Source: Leptogorgia sarmentosa
Taxonomy: Eukaryota
DNA: 64,000 bases
Reading direction: 5' to 3'
NCBI GenBank assembly: GCA_964658305.1
Contig: OZ210885.1
Span: 23,994,001 to 24,058,000, forward strand
Under the pieces are notes generated by a model that made no database searches, was not told the DNA's origin, and saw only the letters and a program-made list of their open reading frames with translations. The position numbers were made by a program, and so were the translations under genes. Shown in pieces: positions 37,761-50,944 of the stretch (position 1 is its first letter; each line of letters starts with the position of its first letter).

Positions 37761-38324
37761 GATTGACTTTCATATCTTGCTTGCAATCTTTTCAGCTTTC
37801 CAACATGGACAAGATCTTGATAGCATTTTTGATGCCAAGTAGTTTTATTTGATGCCAGATTTTCAGGAGTCATGTGTTGCAACATGTTCCACATGTGAGA
37901 ATACTGACGATCTCCATATTATGTGTTTCTTTGTTCCAAAAACCTCAGAACCTTTTCATGAGAAATTGGATTTTCAATTAAAGCATCTACCGTGGTTTTT
38001 TTGGCAAATCTTGAAATTTAAATTTCCAACTGTATTGGCTGTCATATTAAAAGTTCTTAAATCTCATTATTTGCAGAGATTGTAGAGAAAACATGGTGGA
38101 ATGGATTAGAAGTACTTCATCTAAGAGTTTAAGAAGTTCAATAAGGGTGGTTCTTGACATCTTTCGGTAACATCTTTTTCACAACACCCGCGGAAAAAAA
38201 CATTTACTTGGTCTAAGTAAGTGATAAGTTGCCGCACATGGACAGCCCGAGGGGGGGATGGGGGGGAGACAATTTAGCGCGAAAAATGTATAATTAAAAA
38301 TTTATTTATAGTTTTAAGTATTTA

Positions 38325-38535
38325 CAGTACTGTGCAAAAGTTATAGGCACCTCGTGAGAAAGCATTTGACGCCATCTTATTGTAAACTTTTTGTATAAGT
38401 TTACAATAAGTTTACAATAAGATGGCGTCAAATGCTTTTTCACGAGGTGCCTATAACTTTTGCATCGTATAAGTTTACAATAAGATGGCGTCAAATGCCC
38501 ATTCACGAGGTGCCTATAACTTTTGCACAGTACTA
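38325..38535. mobile_element. Tc1-type palindromic MITE with duplicated right arm
   Basis: TA|CAGTACTGTGCAAAAGTT ~65-bp arm with two inverted copies (~38408-38464 and ~38471-38535), then TA. Confidence 0.85.
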
Positions 38536-38799
38536 TATTCAAAGGTTTTCTGAAAAAGCGAAACAAAATAACATATCTTACTTATTTTGACATTGTCAGG
38601 ATTTTTCAAAAATATCGTTATGAGCTACATGACAGGCTCTAAGTGAAACCCCCTAAAAAAGCCCCGGTGCAAGTTGCAAACTTGGCAACATCTATTTTTG
38701 TGTTATTTTAGACCTCTACAATGCAACCAGCCTAGTGGTTCCCTTTAAGCATTGATTTCCTACGGCAACAGTTTTTTTTCACATTTGCTCCTTGACTAC

Positions 38800-39567
38800 C
38801 ATGTCTACTAATATGCAGCATGCCACACTTTGCATTCGTGACAAACCCTCTCTGACAACGCATGTAGATTATGTGAATCGCTATCCTTCAGTTCTACAAA
38901 CCACTTCATACAATTTTTCCCTTCATCAAAGACGACAGGAGAGATTTGTGTTGGAGTAGTAAAAGCCCAAAAACTTTTCCCAAAGAACCCAGCACAATAA
39001 TGATCGAACAGAAACCTGAAGTAAAGCCTGCATTTATCAATAACAAAACCAATAAGCCAAAGGAATGCATTAGGGTCGACGGCACTGGAGATGGTGGCGC
39101 AAAGCAATCAGGCGTGAAATACGCCGAACAAACAAATGGTCGAGGTTGCATGGATTTACACAGCGAATTCTCACCATCCATGCTTGTCGCAGACTGGTAT
39201 CTTTCGGAATTCGGTGGTAGCTAACTCTCGTGGCTTTCTGTGAGTTGTTAGTACATTCTGGAACCATGCAATGAGGCATTTTTAAAAAATATTCTACGCT
39301 GAAAAATCAAGCAAGAGTGAAGCACTGCATTTTGAATACACAGCGTTTGTCTTTCTATCACTCAATGACGTCACAGCACTCCGAATAGTAATGCACTACC
39401 CCCCAGTTTGAGCAAACATGGCGGCCGTAATGAGTTACGAAATCAGTAAAACGAAGTTGAATAACTCGGTAAATAAAAACAATTGAGGAGAACGAATGGC
39501 CATTTCAAGATAGGCTCGTAAAGGTCTTTCATATAGGCGGCACTTGTTTCAGGGCCGGAGTGTCCCT
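38800..39567 (-). mobile_element. THAP-domain ORF remnant with Kolobok-like terminus
   Basis: MPHCMVPECTN..YHRIPKD..LRQAW..(frameshift) VCSAYF; end resembles AAGGGACACTCCGGC; a second TTAAAGGGAACCACT end at ~38735-38748. Confidence 0.6.
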
Positions 39568-39599
39568 TGTGTCGGCTTTTTCACAATTAATTTGCATAA

Positions 39600-40510
39600 T
39601 CGATTGGCTCGAGGATTTGTTTCATTCTTCGCTTGCCTTAAGTTGCTCTTCAAGGGAGATAATTGTGTTATTCAATTCCTTTACTTGGCTATTTCGCCCT
39701 CGAATTAAGACCTGAAATACCAGCCTCAAGTACTTTACGTTTTTCCCTTTCGTTATATAGCTCTTTTCGGAGTTGATTTATCTCATCATTCTCCCTCAAC
39801 TTATCAACTGCAGAAATCTTAGACTCTAAAAGCTTCTGCATAATCACCATATCAAGTTTCATGCCTTTGAGGTTGGCTGCTAGTATTCCACACTGACAAC
39901 CATGTTCAAAGTTATGCACTACATTACAAGAATATGAATTTGATCTGACCTTAGGTTTTTCGGCATATACATCATTCTTGAGAGACTTCTTAGGTGATCC
40001 AGTAGGCATATTGGAGGCCGTGTTTACAACTTCCCCAGCAATATCATTGGTATTCCGAAATCTCGTTGAACTGCCGACATACAATTGAGTTTTGATAATT
40101 CTCCATCCTTGACTGGACTCGTATTCATCATTCCTTCGTTTATTGTAGTTAGACCTTTGCATACTTTGGTCAATACGTTTTTTAGAATTAAACTTCTATT
40201 ACCGTGGAGCACAATTGTATTCTGCTTTCTGGCATACCAAGTAATAGTTATGTCCGAATTACGGCATGTAGACTTTTTTGCACTACCACCTGGCGACGAC
40301 CAATCGCCATGCATTTTAAGACCACATTCGACAAAAACTTGCAGCATTCGAAAGCTCCCAGACCATCTTAAACATGTACCATCATAAGTTAGGTTCGAGC
40401 AATCTTTATGATTGTATATATTCTCGAACTTCCATTCGGTTTCATCAATTATATGACAATTTTCAGAGCTCATGTTAACAGAACAGCCCGCCATGTTGCA
40501 AGAGTGGCCT
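39600..40510 (-). mobile_element. LINE ORF1-like fragment (coiled coil)
   Basis: LRWSGSF..WSSPGGSAKK..ITWY motif; a similar motif (PGGEAKRF) lies at ~53980-54080 in the ORF1 of the 50-54 kb LINE. Confidence 0.55.
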
Positions 40511-40529
40511 CTTAACTTTGCAATGTCCC

Positions 40530-41673
40530 GCTTCATTTTTTTCTTTTCAGATTCACCCCATTTGATGCAGACAGCACAGAATTGCCTTTACAATTCTGGG
40601 TATGGCTCATCAAGTCGCTACATGTGGAACAATGACCAATGCCCATTGTTCAAACATATAGCAGACCTCTTTTATGGTGACCACGAGTTTGCATTACATA
40701 CTGTGCCTAAATTGACAATGGATCATATCATTTTGACTCCATACAGCACGATAGTTTCGTTGTACGATCCTGGCAACATCTGTGATCTGTAAGGCAACAT
40801 CTGCAATCTTCCAGTACAGGCCATTGTTCATAGTACTTGCCTCAAAAACACTTGCATTTATTTTGTAATATTTTAGCAAAAAGGTTCTATTTGAATTTGC
40901 CAAAACCTTGCTTTGTAATACTGTGGCATGTCTTGAAACCTTATTACTGCCACTGTTTTGCCATTTTCCTTTAACAAGAATTGCACCACTCCAGTGAATG
41001 TAATCATTATTATGTTTATTAACTTAAGGTTAAGCTGGCCACACAGGTGCTGAGCAAGTCTGTAGCTATTGCCTTGAGAGAAACCAGTAACCAAGAGGTC
41101 CTCGAAACCGCTCATTTCTGTGAAATGATGAACAATTATTGTGATTGTACGAATGTGAGGTCGACAACAGAGCACACCAGAAAAAGAAATGAAATGATTA
41201 GGCCATACACGTCAAATGAAGATGAGCATTTAGCTTGGCTTAAAGATGTCTTCTTAAAGTATCTAGAAGACTGGAAGCGAAGTAGTATGACTTTTGAAGG
41301 TGATTACACTCCAACTGATCGACAAAAAATGTTCCTGTCAAATCAAACTTATGAAGGGTTAAAGATCTCTGTGTACTGGCACATAGAAGGTATCCAGTAT
41401 CTTCTGGCTCATGAATTTAACTATGTTTTAACTGAGCGTTTTATGCAGGACATAGTCGAAGATTATTTTGGGCATCAGCGACAGAAAGGAGGAAGGTCTG
41501 ATAACCCAACTGCCCATCAGTTTGGGTACAATGATTTATCGATTGCAGCCCTGCGAGACATTGCTCCTGCAATCAGGGGCAATGTTGGAGGCCGATATGA
41601 GAAGGTTAAGTGGCACAAGGTTAGCGATGAACTTGTACAAAAGTGTAGGAAAAAGAAAAGTGACAAGTCATAA
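40530..41673 (+). mobile_element. P-element/THAP9-like transposase C-terminal fragment, with an insertion at ~40753-41023
   Basis: FFSDSPHLM, PKLTMDHI, KVKLATQVLS, YVLTERFMQDIVEDYFGHQR..SDNPT. Confidence 0.88.
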
Positions 41674-42904
41674 GTCTAGTCTCAGCTTAGTAAATTAATT
41701 ACTAGAAAAATATGGACTGTTTTTATATTGTCCTGATACAATATGATCAAATGAAAAAAACCTGGCTATATATATATATAGGTGCCTAAAACAAGATATG
41801 TAAAGTTGCTTTTCAGTCTTTTTCACCACTAGGTTATTGCCTTTTTTCCCATGTCTATCCAGATCATGAACCAATTTTGCTAATGCAAGCCAATCAATAT
41901 CAAATAGGCACCAGTGGTGAATAGATGGTGAAAAGTTGAATATTCAAGTCTCCCTTAAGGCAGATTTCCACTGTTGTCACCCAAGACTACTGAAATAAAA
42001 TAGGTTTATTTTTTTCCGGTCTGTAACTGGTTGCCGAGCAGTCTGTATCCTACTGTACGGACCGCTCACATTCTCGTAGATACAAATATAGTCAGTGTTT
42101 TTGTTTTTTAAAATTGAATGGCCGCTTTTAAAACATTCAAAACGAATTTAGGTGATAAAGAACACATGAAAATTCATTTTATTATGCTAAGGGATATTTT
42201 AGGGGGTATTTACAGCGACAAAAACTCATAAGTATCAACAAAGTCTCATCAGTATGAACAAAACAAAACATTCTCGGCGAAATATTTCGGTGTCTAAAGC
42301 GTATTTTAACCATGTTTGTATCGTGAAACGAACGGGAAAATAAATAATTTTAATAAGTTTACCTTTTTTGTAGTAATATTGAAGGGTTTTTTCTCCCTTC
42401 GTCTTGGCTGTTTAGCAGCCATACTTGCGATAGAGTAGCAAAGTAAACAAACACAACTGATCTCACATCTAGTTCGCAACACTGGAATTTCTTATGAGTT
42501 TTAGTATAGCTTCGAGCATAAAAAAAAGTTATTTACCATTTAGGTTGGTCCGTACTGGAAAATATTTTGTCGAGGTACATAACATATATTTATCTGGTGG
42601 AGATGTAGCTCTGGGTGAATAATACACATGATTTGACGAAGTTATCTATTTATTAGATTTTATTATCAATACATTGTTGTTCTTTAAACTTTAAATGAAT
42701 TTTTAATATAAATGAAGTTGACTTTTATTGGTAGTCACTCTAATTGCTGTAAATATTGAAAAATAATTAATAGTTGGTTATCTCAGAAAAAATGTATACC
42801 AAAACTGTTGGATGGAGAAGTAAGAAAATTCACTTCTGCACTAGTCCAATAAAAGACCTTCATCAGATAATATGTTCTATCTTAATAAAATTTCCATGAA
42901 AATA

Positions 42905-44061
42905 TCATAAAGTTGCCGCACTTTGCTTCATGTCTTTTCTAAGTCCTTTCTTTGACGTTTTCCCTTTGATCCTGTATTTACTAATGTAATCTTTCGTGTA
43001 TGAAAATGATCGAACTCTTAAATACAGTTTAACAACATTTTCCAGGCACAGTTTCTGAGTTGGGCTGGATTTGCTGACTGCAGCTGACAACACAATATTA
43101 CCCCATGAATGTACAGTTGGAGATTCTAGAGTTGTCGCACATAAGTCATCTAAGGGAATTTTTTGTAATGTTGATGTGCCCTGCTTATTTATTAACATGC
43201 TCCTGAAAACATACTTCAGCATTTTCTAAATTCCAACTAGTTCATCACAAAGAGTTATAAGACCGCCTCTCGTACGAGCAAATATGAAAGTGTTAGTTCT
43301 GATTTCATGTTCTGCAACAGTGCTTGCATTTCTTTGTTGCACTGTTTTTTATTTTGTTTGCATGTCTGGTAAAGTTTGGAAACTATGTACCCTATCATGT
43401 AAGATACGGGTCCTCTTTCAGCAGGATTAATTTCTGTTAATATGGTGTCGGCAGTCCCCTTCTTGGGAGATCTGGTCACTACGACTCTTGGATTTGTGAT
43501 AGTGGCTTACCAAGTGATCTGGTATTTCAATCATTACCAAATCTAAAACTTGATAGTCTTCGCAATTTACAAACAGTTCGCTTGAACGGGGTATCAACCC
43601 ATAGAGAGACTCAACTATCTTGTCTTGGTCCTTGACACAGAATTTATTGTAGATGGGTTGCAGTTCCTTACAGAGGTTTGCCCTGCAGGTAACGTTGCTC
43701 AAACTTCAGTTAATATCTTCCTTTATAAGCTTGGCCTTAATAGATTCTACAATGCCAACTACGGTGTTGTCAAGTGGAGATACTATTTCGCCTTTGCTTG
43801 CCTTGTTCCCATGTTTTGACCTAACATGTTCTGTTAGACCACCTTTTGACTTGCATACTTTCTCGCATTGAACACAAGGAAAAACGTTCCCACCTTAGAT
43901 TTCAAATATGGCATCATTAAAACCAGTGACAACTTCTTCCTCTTCGGCGAGTGCATAGCTACATCAAAATTATGCTTTCGCTCAGTTTGCTCCGTCTTGA
44001 CACCTGTCTCTTCAATTTCTCCTTGTAAAATGTCCTCGAATTCACTCCCCTCTCCCTCCAT
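42905..44061 (-). pseudogene. Frameshifted transposon-associated ORF convergent with the P-like transposase
   Basis: Consecutive minus-strand ORF pieces with SYMIGYIVSKL, RGGL and LYLRVRSFSY. Confidence 0.5.
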
Positions 44062-44406
44062 ATCACTTCCTGCTGAACAAAAATGTGTCCTTTTGTCTTA
44101 GGTTACTATCTGTCAACACTATATTTACTTTGCAGCATGTCATCTTCTCATCACATGACACTGTTAACTTGATCCGCCAACATAGTTTCGCTGCACCTTT
44201 GAAGTTCTCTGACTAGCCCAAGTCAGCTTTAAGGGACCGGACAATTTTTAACGGGGTGAGGGGCTGGTGCATTTCTATATTCATTTGCATAATTTTAAAA
44301 GCCCTCCCTAACAATGTAGCAGGAAAAGCACTGGCCCTGTATACGATCTTACTAAATCAATGCGACCCCCCCTCCCCCTCCCATAAAAACATAAAAAGCA
44401 TACTTT

Positions 44407-47400
44407 TTAACTTAATAAGAAACGTGTTGCGGTTCTCCCAGATCTCGTCTGAGTCGTTACTATTCCACTAGTTATTTCAGCATAATTCTCTGCTTGTACT
44501 TCGTTGTCGTCGTCGTCGTCGGAGCTTGAACCGATTTCTGCAAGAACAATGTCAGTTTCATCTTCACATGATGAGAAAGTTGCTTCCATATCACCTTCAT
44601 TTCCAGTCTGATTTCTCTTTCTCGGTTGTTTGACTATTAGCATTTGACTTATGTGTATATAGTAAACTTTATTGGACATTAAATAGTACCAAACGGTGCG
44701 AGTGCGAACGGGACTCGAAGTCCCATGCGAGGCACTCTACCTTTCTTAAATTAAGTATATAAATGCGCTGTATATAAAACTAACTGAATAAATAAACATA
44801 TGCAATTTGCTTGGAAAACTGCAAAAATGAAGAGCCTAAGCACTTAATTGTTAAAGTTATTGATTTGCTTTCAGTCCATATATAAGGATCAATCAAAAAT
44901 GTTATTAAACAAGAATAAGATGATTTATTCACTCAAACAAAAGGCATATGTTTACTTTAGAAACTATTATCTATGTACCATGACACAAGCAACTTGGAAT
45001 TAAAGACCAAGTGCATGTCATATCTACATCAAAACTACTCAATAATAACTGTCCGTACATTCGTGACAAAAAGGATTTAAACATAGTTAGACTACGAAGG
45101 TCTGCAGGTGAAGCTATTTTACATACACAATTCCAGAGTGGGCTGATACGATTGAAGAAAGACAACTGAAAAGTACTTGTTTTACACGAAGGAACTTTAA
45201 GTATGAGAGAAGGGTTTTCACAATTACGAGTACGGTTATGACTAACAAATGACACAAAATTAGAAATATTTATATCATAATATCCATTCAGTGTAATGTG
45301 TCTCTGGACTGCAGATAACTTTGCTTTTTTGTTTGAAGCAGAATTCAGCTTGTGATGTTTCAGGTATTTATCCAAGACAGCTACTGTTTGTTTGGTAAGA
45401 GAACCATCATTGAGCATAGCCTTCCAATCATAGTCTTCGTATTTCTTTTTTGCTTTAGCAGATGCTTCGGCAATTTTTTGTTTCTTTCTTTTATCTTTCC
45501 TGAGTTCAAGCAACTTTAAGTGCTTAAGATACTCCGTAACACATTCTTCAGAAACTATAAACCTTTCACTGAAGTCCAAGATACTTGTTGGATCTTCCAA
45601 GGAGCACTCACCCGAGATATAAGCTTTCTTCAGTTGTGCTCTTGGTAAATAGTCGTCAGCAAACCTGTTGTTTGTTGGAGTTTTGTCCGCAGGAAGGTAA
45701 TGATATCCAGGGCTTTGTCGATCTGGAAATGGCCTTGGAACAGGTTCAATTTGGCTACAGCACTTTTCTCTCGAGGTACAAAAGTCACATAGTTTCCCAT
45801 TAGCATCTTTGCAAGATCCTTTGAGATATTCAAGAAACATTTCACCAAGAAGACAATGAGAATCTATAAATGTATATATCTTCTTGAAATAATTACATCC
45901 TGGTACCTGCTCTTTCTTAGCTTCTGTTTTGGCAGCTGCATATTTCATTAGGTAACGCTGGTTAAAAAAGAACTGATTTTTTTCCTGTTGAGTAACATAA
46001 CATTTTATAAAGTCTCCAGCAGGACCTGGTTCATCATCAATCATTGCTGCTACTTCATAGGCTACTCTCCACGCATTTTTTTCCATGCATAAATTTTCTT
46101 TTTCTTTTAGTTCATTTGATGACAGGTCGTCGATCTCTTCACTTGTCAGACCATCGAAAGGTGTGTAATATTTCCATTTCAATGCTGTTCCATCTACAAG
46201 AGCTTCTCCAATGGATGCATTGGTTCTCTCGGCCTCATTTTGGGCCGAGTCACCTGGAGCACGGTGAATCCGATTCACACGATCACTTGAATGTATCCGT
46301 GCAATTTCTATGTCCCTAAAACGAACTTCGGTATTGGTAACTCCCACTCCAGGACCCGCATCTTTAGCTTTAAGAATATTGAAGCAATTATTTGGGTATT
46401 TCAGAGGAACTAACTTTTTGAGATACAGTGCACAGGCTTTCAAAATGTCTTCAACTGCAGTCCACAAGTTCCCCTCTTGTGTGTGGAGTAGCATTTCTTT
46501 TTGCACTGTAGCGGCACTTTCCTTTATACTGCTAAGGTCTTTCAGCAGTTCACTTGTTAAAACGAGTTCAGATTCGTCAGTTGCTTGTGGTGCTTTCTCC
46601 CACGCTAATATGATTTCTTTAACTTGATTTTGAAGCCATGTTAGTTTTTCTGCCTCGTAACAAAAGTGCTTACAGTCAGGTTGAGATGTAGCACGCATTA
46701 CATCGTCTTTCATGGTTAAGTCAGTGAAGTAAAATAAGGCATCGTGAGAATGAGCAGCAAGCGTCTGAAACTTAATACTATAGTCCGTGCCTGTTGGATT
46801 CTCTTGAAAAAGTGATGGGAGTTGATGATACAAGCGCATATAATCAGATGCCCATACACTACAGCTACTCCCGATATAATGTTTTGGTCTTATGGTGACA
46901 ACACTTTGGTCTTGATCGGTGATTAATTCATCTTTTCCTTCAATATTCTCTATATGTTGTCTAATGAAACGAAATGATGCCGGCGTTTGATTGACCTCAG
47001 GGATGTTGAAATCATGTTGTGGTAGATGCCTTTGCTTCTCGGGATCGCAAGTGTCATAAATAACGCCTGCTTTAGTATTCCGTACACCGACATCAGTCCC
47101 TGGACGTAAATAGGCTTTATCATCCATACTGATGAAAACACTGTGCTCCTTTTGGTCTTCAGAGAACATGGTAAGCTTTGCATTGTGAACATGGGCACGC
47201 TGATGATGGGTGCATTGGTACTATGGTCTTCAGTTTTAGGTGGCTTTTTAGTGCACCAAAGCCATTTTCCTTTATGGGATTTTGCGGCTCTAGACCTGAC
47301 ATTTCTTGGTTTTCCTCGATTGGTAACCGTAGTCGCAGACTTTATCAACTTCTTCCCACGTTTTAGGCGCGAGTAATTAGCAAGAGACAAAAAGTCTTTT

Positions 47401-47846
47401 TTTTTCACTCTGTGGTTTGTGAACAGTGTTGTTTCGTGTCTTCTACCATGGCAAGTACTCTTTGAAGAAATTGCGTTGGCAATAAACTCTTCGTCTTCTA
47501 AATCTAATAATGATGGAGCTCCTTCTCCCAATTTTCTCCTTTTAATCCTCTTAGAATCAATGACATCTCTTGCAATTTTCCGCTTTGCTTGTTGCGTTTT
47601 CCTTTGTGCATAAACAGTATCATTTACTTCTAACTGTTTAAGATGATCTAGTCTCTCCTTTAGGGCATTCTTTTCATTCTCAATGTCACACTTTCTATTT
47701 TCCCAAAGGATAGCTGATTGTTTTTCCAGTTTGTGGTCAATGGCTTGTATTTTATTCTCAACCGTCTTTATCTTTTCTTGCGTTCGAACCTGGAGGATGT
47801 CTGCCGCTTCTGCTAAAGCTTTTTCACTTTCATCCGAGGCTGACAT
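44407..47846 (-). pseudogene. Zator-like DDE transposase (~930 aa reconstructed; frameshift ~47215; LINE insertion near the C-terminus)
   Basis: SMDDKAYLRPG, QHDF, IRPKH, KDAGPG, APGDSAQNEAER follow the Zator/TP36-type motif order; C-terminal SAP-like helix. Confidence 0.78.
44657..45295 (-). mobile_element. CR1-type LINE 3' fragment inserted in the transposase
   Basis: 6-bp TSD atgtgt at 44651-44656 and 45296-45301; SFFNRISPLWN..CTWS..CLC C-terminus; removal restores QRHISQML. Confidence 0.88.
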
Positions 47847-47888
47847 AACTTTTGAGAGGACTCTGTACTGACCAATATTTTGGAAAAC

Positions 47889-49757
47889 ATGGCAGACAAT
47901 ATTCCAGATGATTTGGCATTATTTCTGAAATCTGCTGATCTTGAAGGGTTCAAAGCCCATTTCAATAGGACAGGAATACGCTGTGTTGAGCATCTTCAAG
48001 ACGTAGACATTGATGATCTCAAAGAAATAGGTACGGCTACTAATTTTGTAATTAATTCCATATTAATATTAAAATGCTCTGTATGTGTTCTCAACCATGA
48101 AATTGTGCCATTTTCAAGTACAATATTATAATGACACTGGACTTGTTTACGTGTTAGGCAAATTTCGAATTGCTTCATATGTTCTGCAGTGTTTCTGTAT
48201 TTAGGCATTTCGCTATATCAAAAATTAATTTTATTAGATCTAATCTAATATTATATGAAATGTTTACAACACTCGCGACCGTGTTGAATTGAATATACAA
48301 TCAATGCATGCCTAGTAGAGCTATTAATTTGATAGGCCTTTGAGTGCGTGTATTTTTTGTCAGGGCTGTCAAATGTTGAAGTGAAACGATTCTTACGGAA
48401 GAAGAGTGAGGTTCACGCAACCCAGAGTAAAGTTCATAATTCAGAGCAGGCTCAACAAAGCATTGATTGTGGGTCTGTCAGTAGTGCAGATAGTTCATCC
48501 AACAAGTCCACAGTTTTACATTTTGGTGGAATTGAATTTCAAAGGGAACATGCAGACAAACAGCTTTGGAAAAAAACGAAGTTTGGATGGATACCAAATG
48601 CATCATCTGTTAGGGCAAAGTTTATGAATGAATGTCTCCCCAAATGCTACAAAGCATTTTATCACACTTGCAAAAGTCCTCGTGATTTTGTGAAGCAGTT
48701 TCACAGCGAGGGAAGGTGGCAGTATGACACTCATCAGCGCATATTAAAGCTATCGTCGCGTATTGATGCCATATTGAGCAACCGTGATCCAGGTGCTGCA
48801 GGAAAAATTTTGAATGATGATGAGTACATCCTTATTCCATCAGATCAAATTATTCTCAGAAATAATATACAAAAAATTGCAGTATTGCAAGCAGCTATTG
48901 AAGGCGAAGATCAAGCTATCAAGAAGAACCTAGATGGTTTGTTCACCAAATCTGGAAAATTGAAGCATGGAAAGGAATGTTCAAATTCATTTGATGTGGG
49001 TATACTCACTAGACTAGAAGAGTTAAAAAAGAAACTTGAGAGTATTTTGAAGAATCTTAAGGAAAAGGATGAGCGGTGCAAAGATATGTTTTGTGGAACA
49101 TTGTTGAAAAACAAATCTAAAAAAAGGTCAAGAAAACAGAACGAAAATAAGAGCAAAAAAAGAAAAAAACAACGAGAGGAAAAAAATTTCCGAGATATAA
49201 TTCAGCTCATATCAGCAGATACAAGTGCATCCATTATTGATGAAGTAAATGTGGAGGCTCTTTCATCGCTTGGTGCAAAAAAAATCAAGTGGCTGTCAAG
49301 AATGGTTAACCAAGGTCGAGTGACAGAAAAAGCTGTTGTTACAATTAAAGACTATGTGAAAGGATTCATGGAAAGAGCTGATGAAACAACTGATGAAGAT
49401 GATAGGGATGAGATAGTTGATCAGGAAAGAAGTGATGATGAGATAGTTGATGAGGATGACAGTGATGATGAGGTTGTTGATCAGGAAAGGAGTGATGAGA
49501 TAGTTTATGAAGAAAGGAATTATGAGATAGTTGATGTGGAAAGGGATGGTGAGATATTTGAAAATGAAAGGGGCAGTGAGATAGTTGATCAGGAAAGGAG
49601 TGATGAGAGAATTGACAAGGAAAGGGGTGATGAGATACTTGATGAAGAAAGCGGTGGCGAGATATTTGATGATGAAAAGGGTGATGAGATATTTGATCAG
49701 GAAAGGAGTGGTGAGATAGTTGACAAAGATGACAATGATGTTACATGTAACAATTGA
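47889..49757 (+). CDS. Two-exon gene (~511 aa): SAM-like domain, basic NLS-like tract, acidic repeat tail; cargo of the Zator-like element
   Basis: Exon 1 47889-48030 (LALFLKSADLEGFKAHFNRTGIRCVEHLQDVDIDDLKEIG), GT..AG intron 48031-48363, in-frame exon 2 (LSNVEVKRF...); no stops. Confidence 0.78.
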
Positions 49758-50944
49758 TGACTATGAATGACTGTAAATAGAAAATTGATATTGTTTACGT
49801 TTAAATATCCGAGCAGAAATATATGTGACCCTCCCACACATGTGCCCAAATTTTGATAACCCTCCCTTTCAGGTTACACAAAAAATAATGACCCTCCCCC
49901 TGTTTGCACCAGCCCCCTCCCCCCGTTAAAAAATGTCCGGTCCCTAAGCATGTCACAGTTCTAGTTACCAAGAAGATACATTTCTTTATTTTAATTATCA
50001 ATTGCTTGTCTTCATTTCTCAAGACTGTCAAACCAGTTGTCTGATGAATTAGGTGGTCGATAAACAGTTGTGACAAGGACAGGTCTGCAATGTGGCTTTA
50101 CAATTCCACACAAACAGCTTCTAGCTCTGTTGGAATTATGTCTTGTCTGACACGATAGTTAATCGAGCTTCGTAAGTAGACAAACTCCACCTCCACTTCT
50201 AGTTCTGTCTTTTCTAACAATGCTGTAGCCATCTAGGTTTACCCCATTGTCAGATATATTTGAGTCAAGACGTGTTTCATTGAATGCCATGAGATCAACA
50301 TGCTTTTTTGAAAATGAGTGACGTATCTCGTCTATCTTTTTTGGCAGACTGACAATGTTAAGGAAAGCCATTTTAAAGCCTCTTTCATTTGGAATAGAGC
50401 TAATACATGTGGATAAATCACTGATCACATTTTTATTAGGTTGTCTAATTACTAATTTTTCACTGCTTGACTGACATATGTGAACAAGGGTGAATTTTGT
50501 TCTCAACCAATCAGCGCATTTGTTGACATTTTTGTGCTAAGCCAATCAGAACGCTTTAATCACTATTTTGTAAACAAAAATGGGTGCAGATATATACTTT
50601 ACTCTCCGGCTTTGTTGCCATTGGAATCTTAATATTTTAATCTGAAATTAGAATATATTATTCAGGAAAGATTTTTCTACAATATTACCATGGCGATTTG
50701 TAAATAATGGCGATTTTGGGGAGATATGCACATCTAAACTTTGCCCTGCGCAAGCATAAATAATGCCCTTTGAATCCACCAACCTTTTGACATCAATTAT
50801 TAACTTGTTAATTTCCCGTTTCTAAATATGGATCAATTCACGATCAGAGTGTCATCAGTCATGACATGCACTACATGACTAACAGATGGTTTTGCGAACG
50901 TTTCAATCGCTTTTATTCACTGTCTCAAACCTAATGACAAAAAA

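Larger units (their letters stand above)
44233..49944. mobile_element. Complete Zator-like DNA transposon (5.7 kb) with ~39-bp TIRs and TAA TSD
   Basis: GGGACCGGACA.TTTTTAACGGGG..GGGGCTGGTGCA at both ends, inverted; TAA at 44230-44232 and 49945-49947. Confidence 0.88.

Noticed and set aside
42000..42570. Possible second hairpin-ended non-autonomous element (tacggacc/ggtccgta inverted motif)
   Set aside because: The inverted match is too short to define ends without other copies
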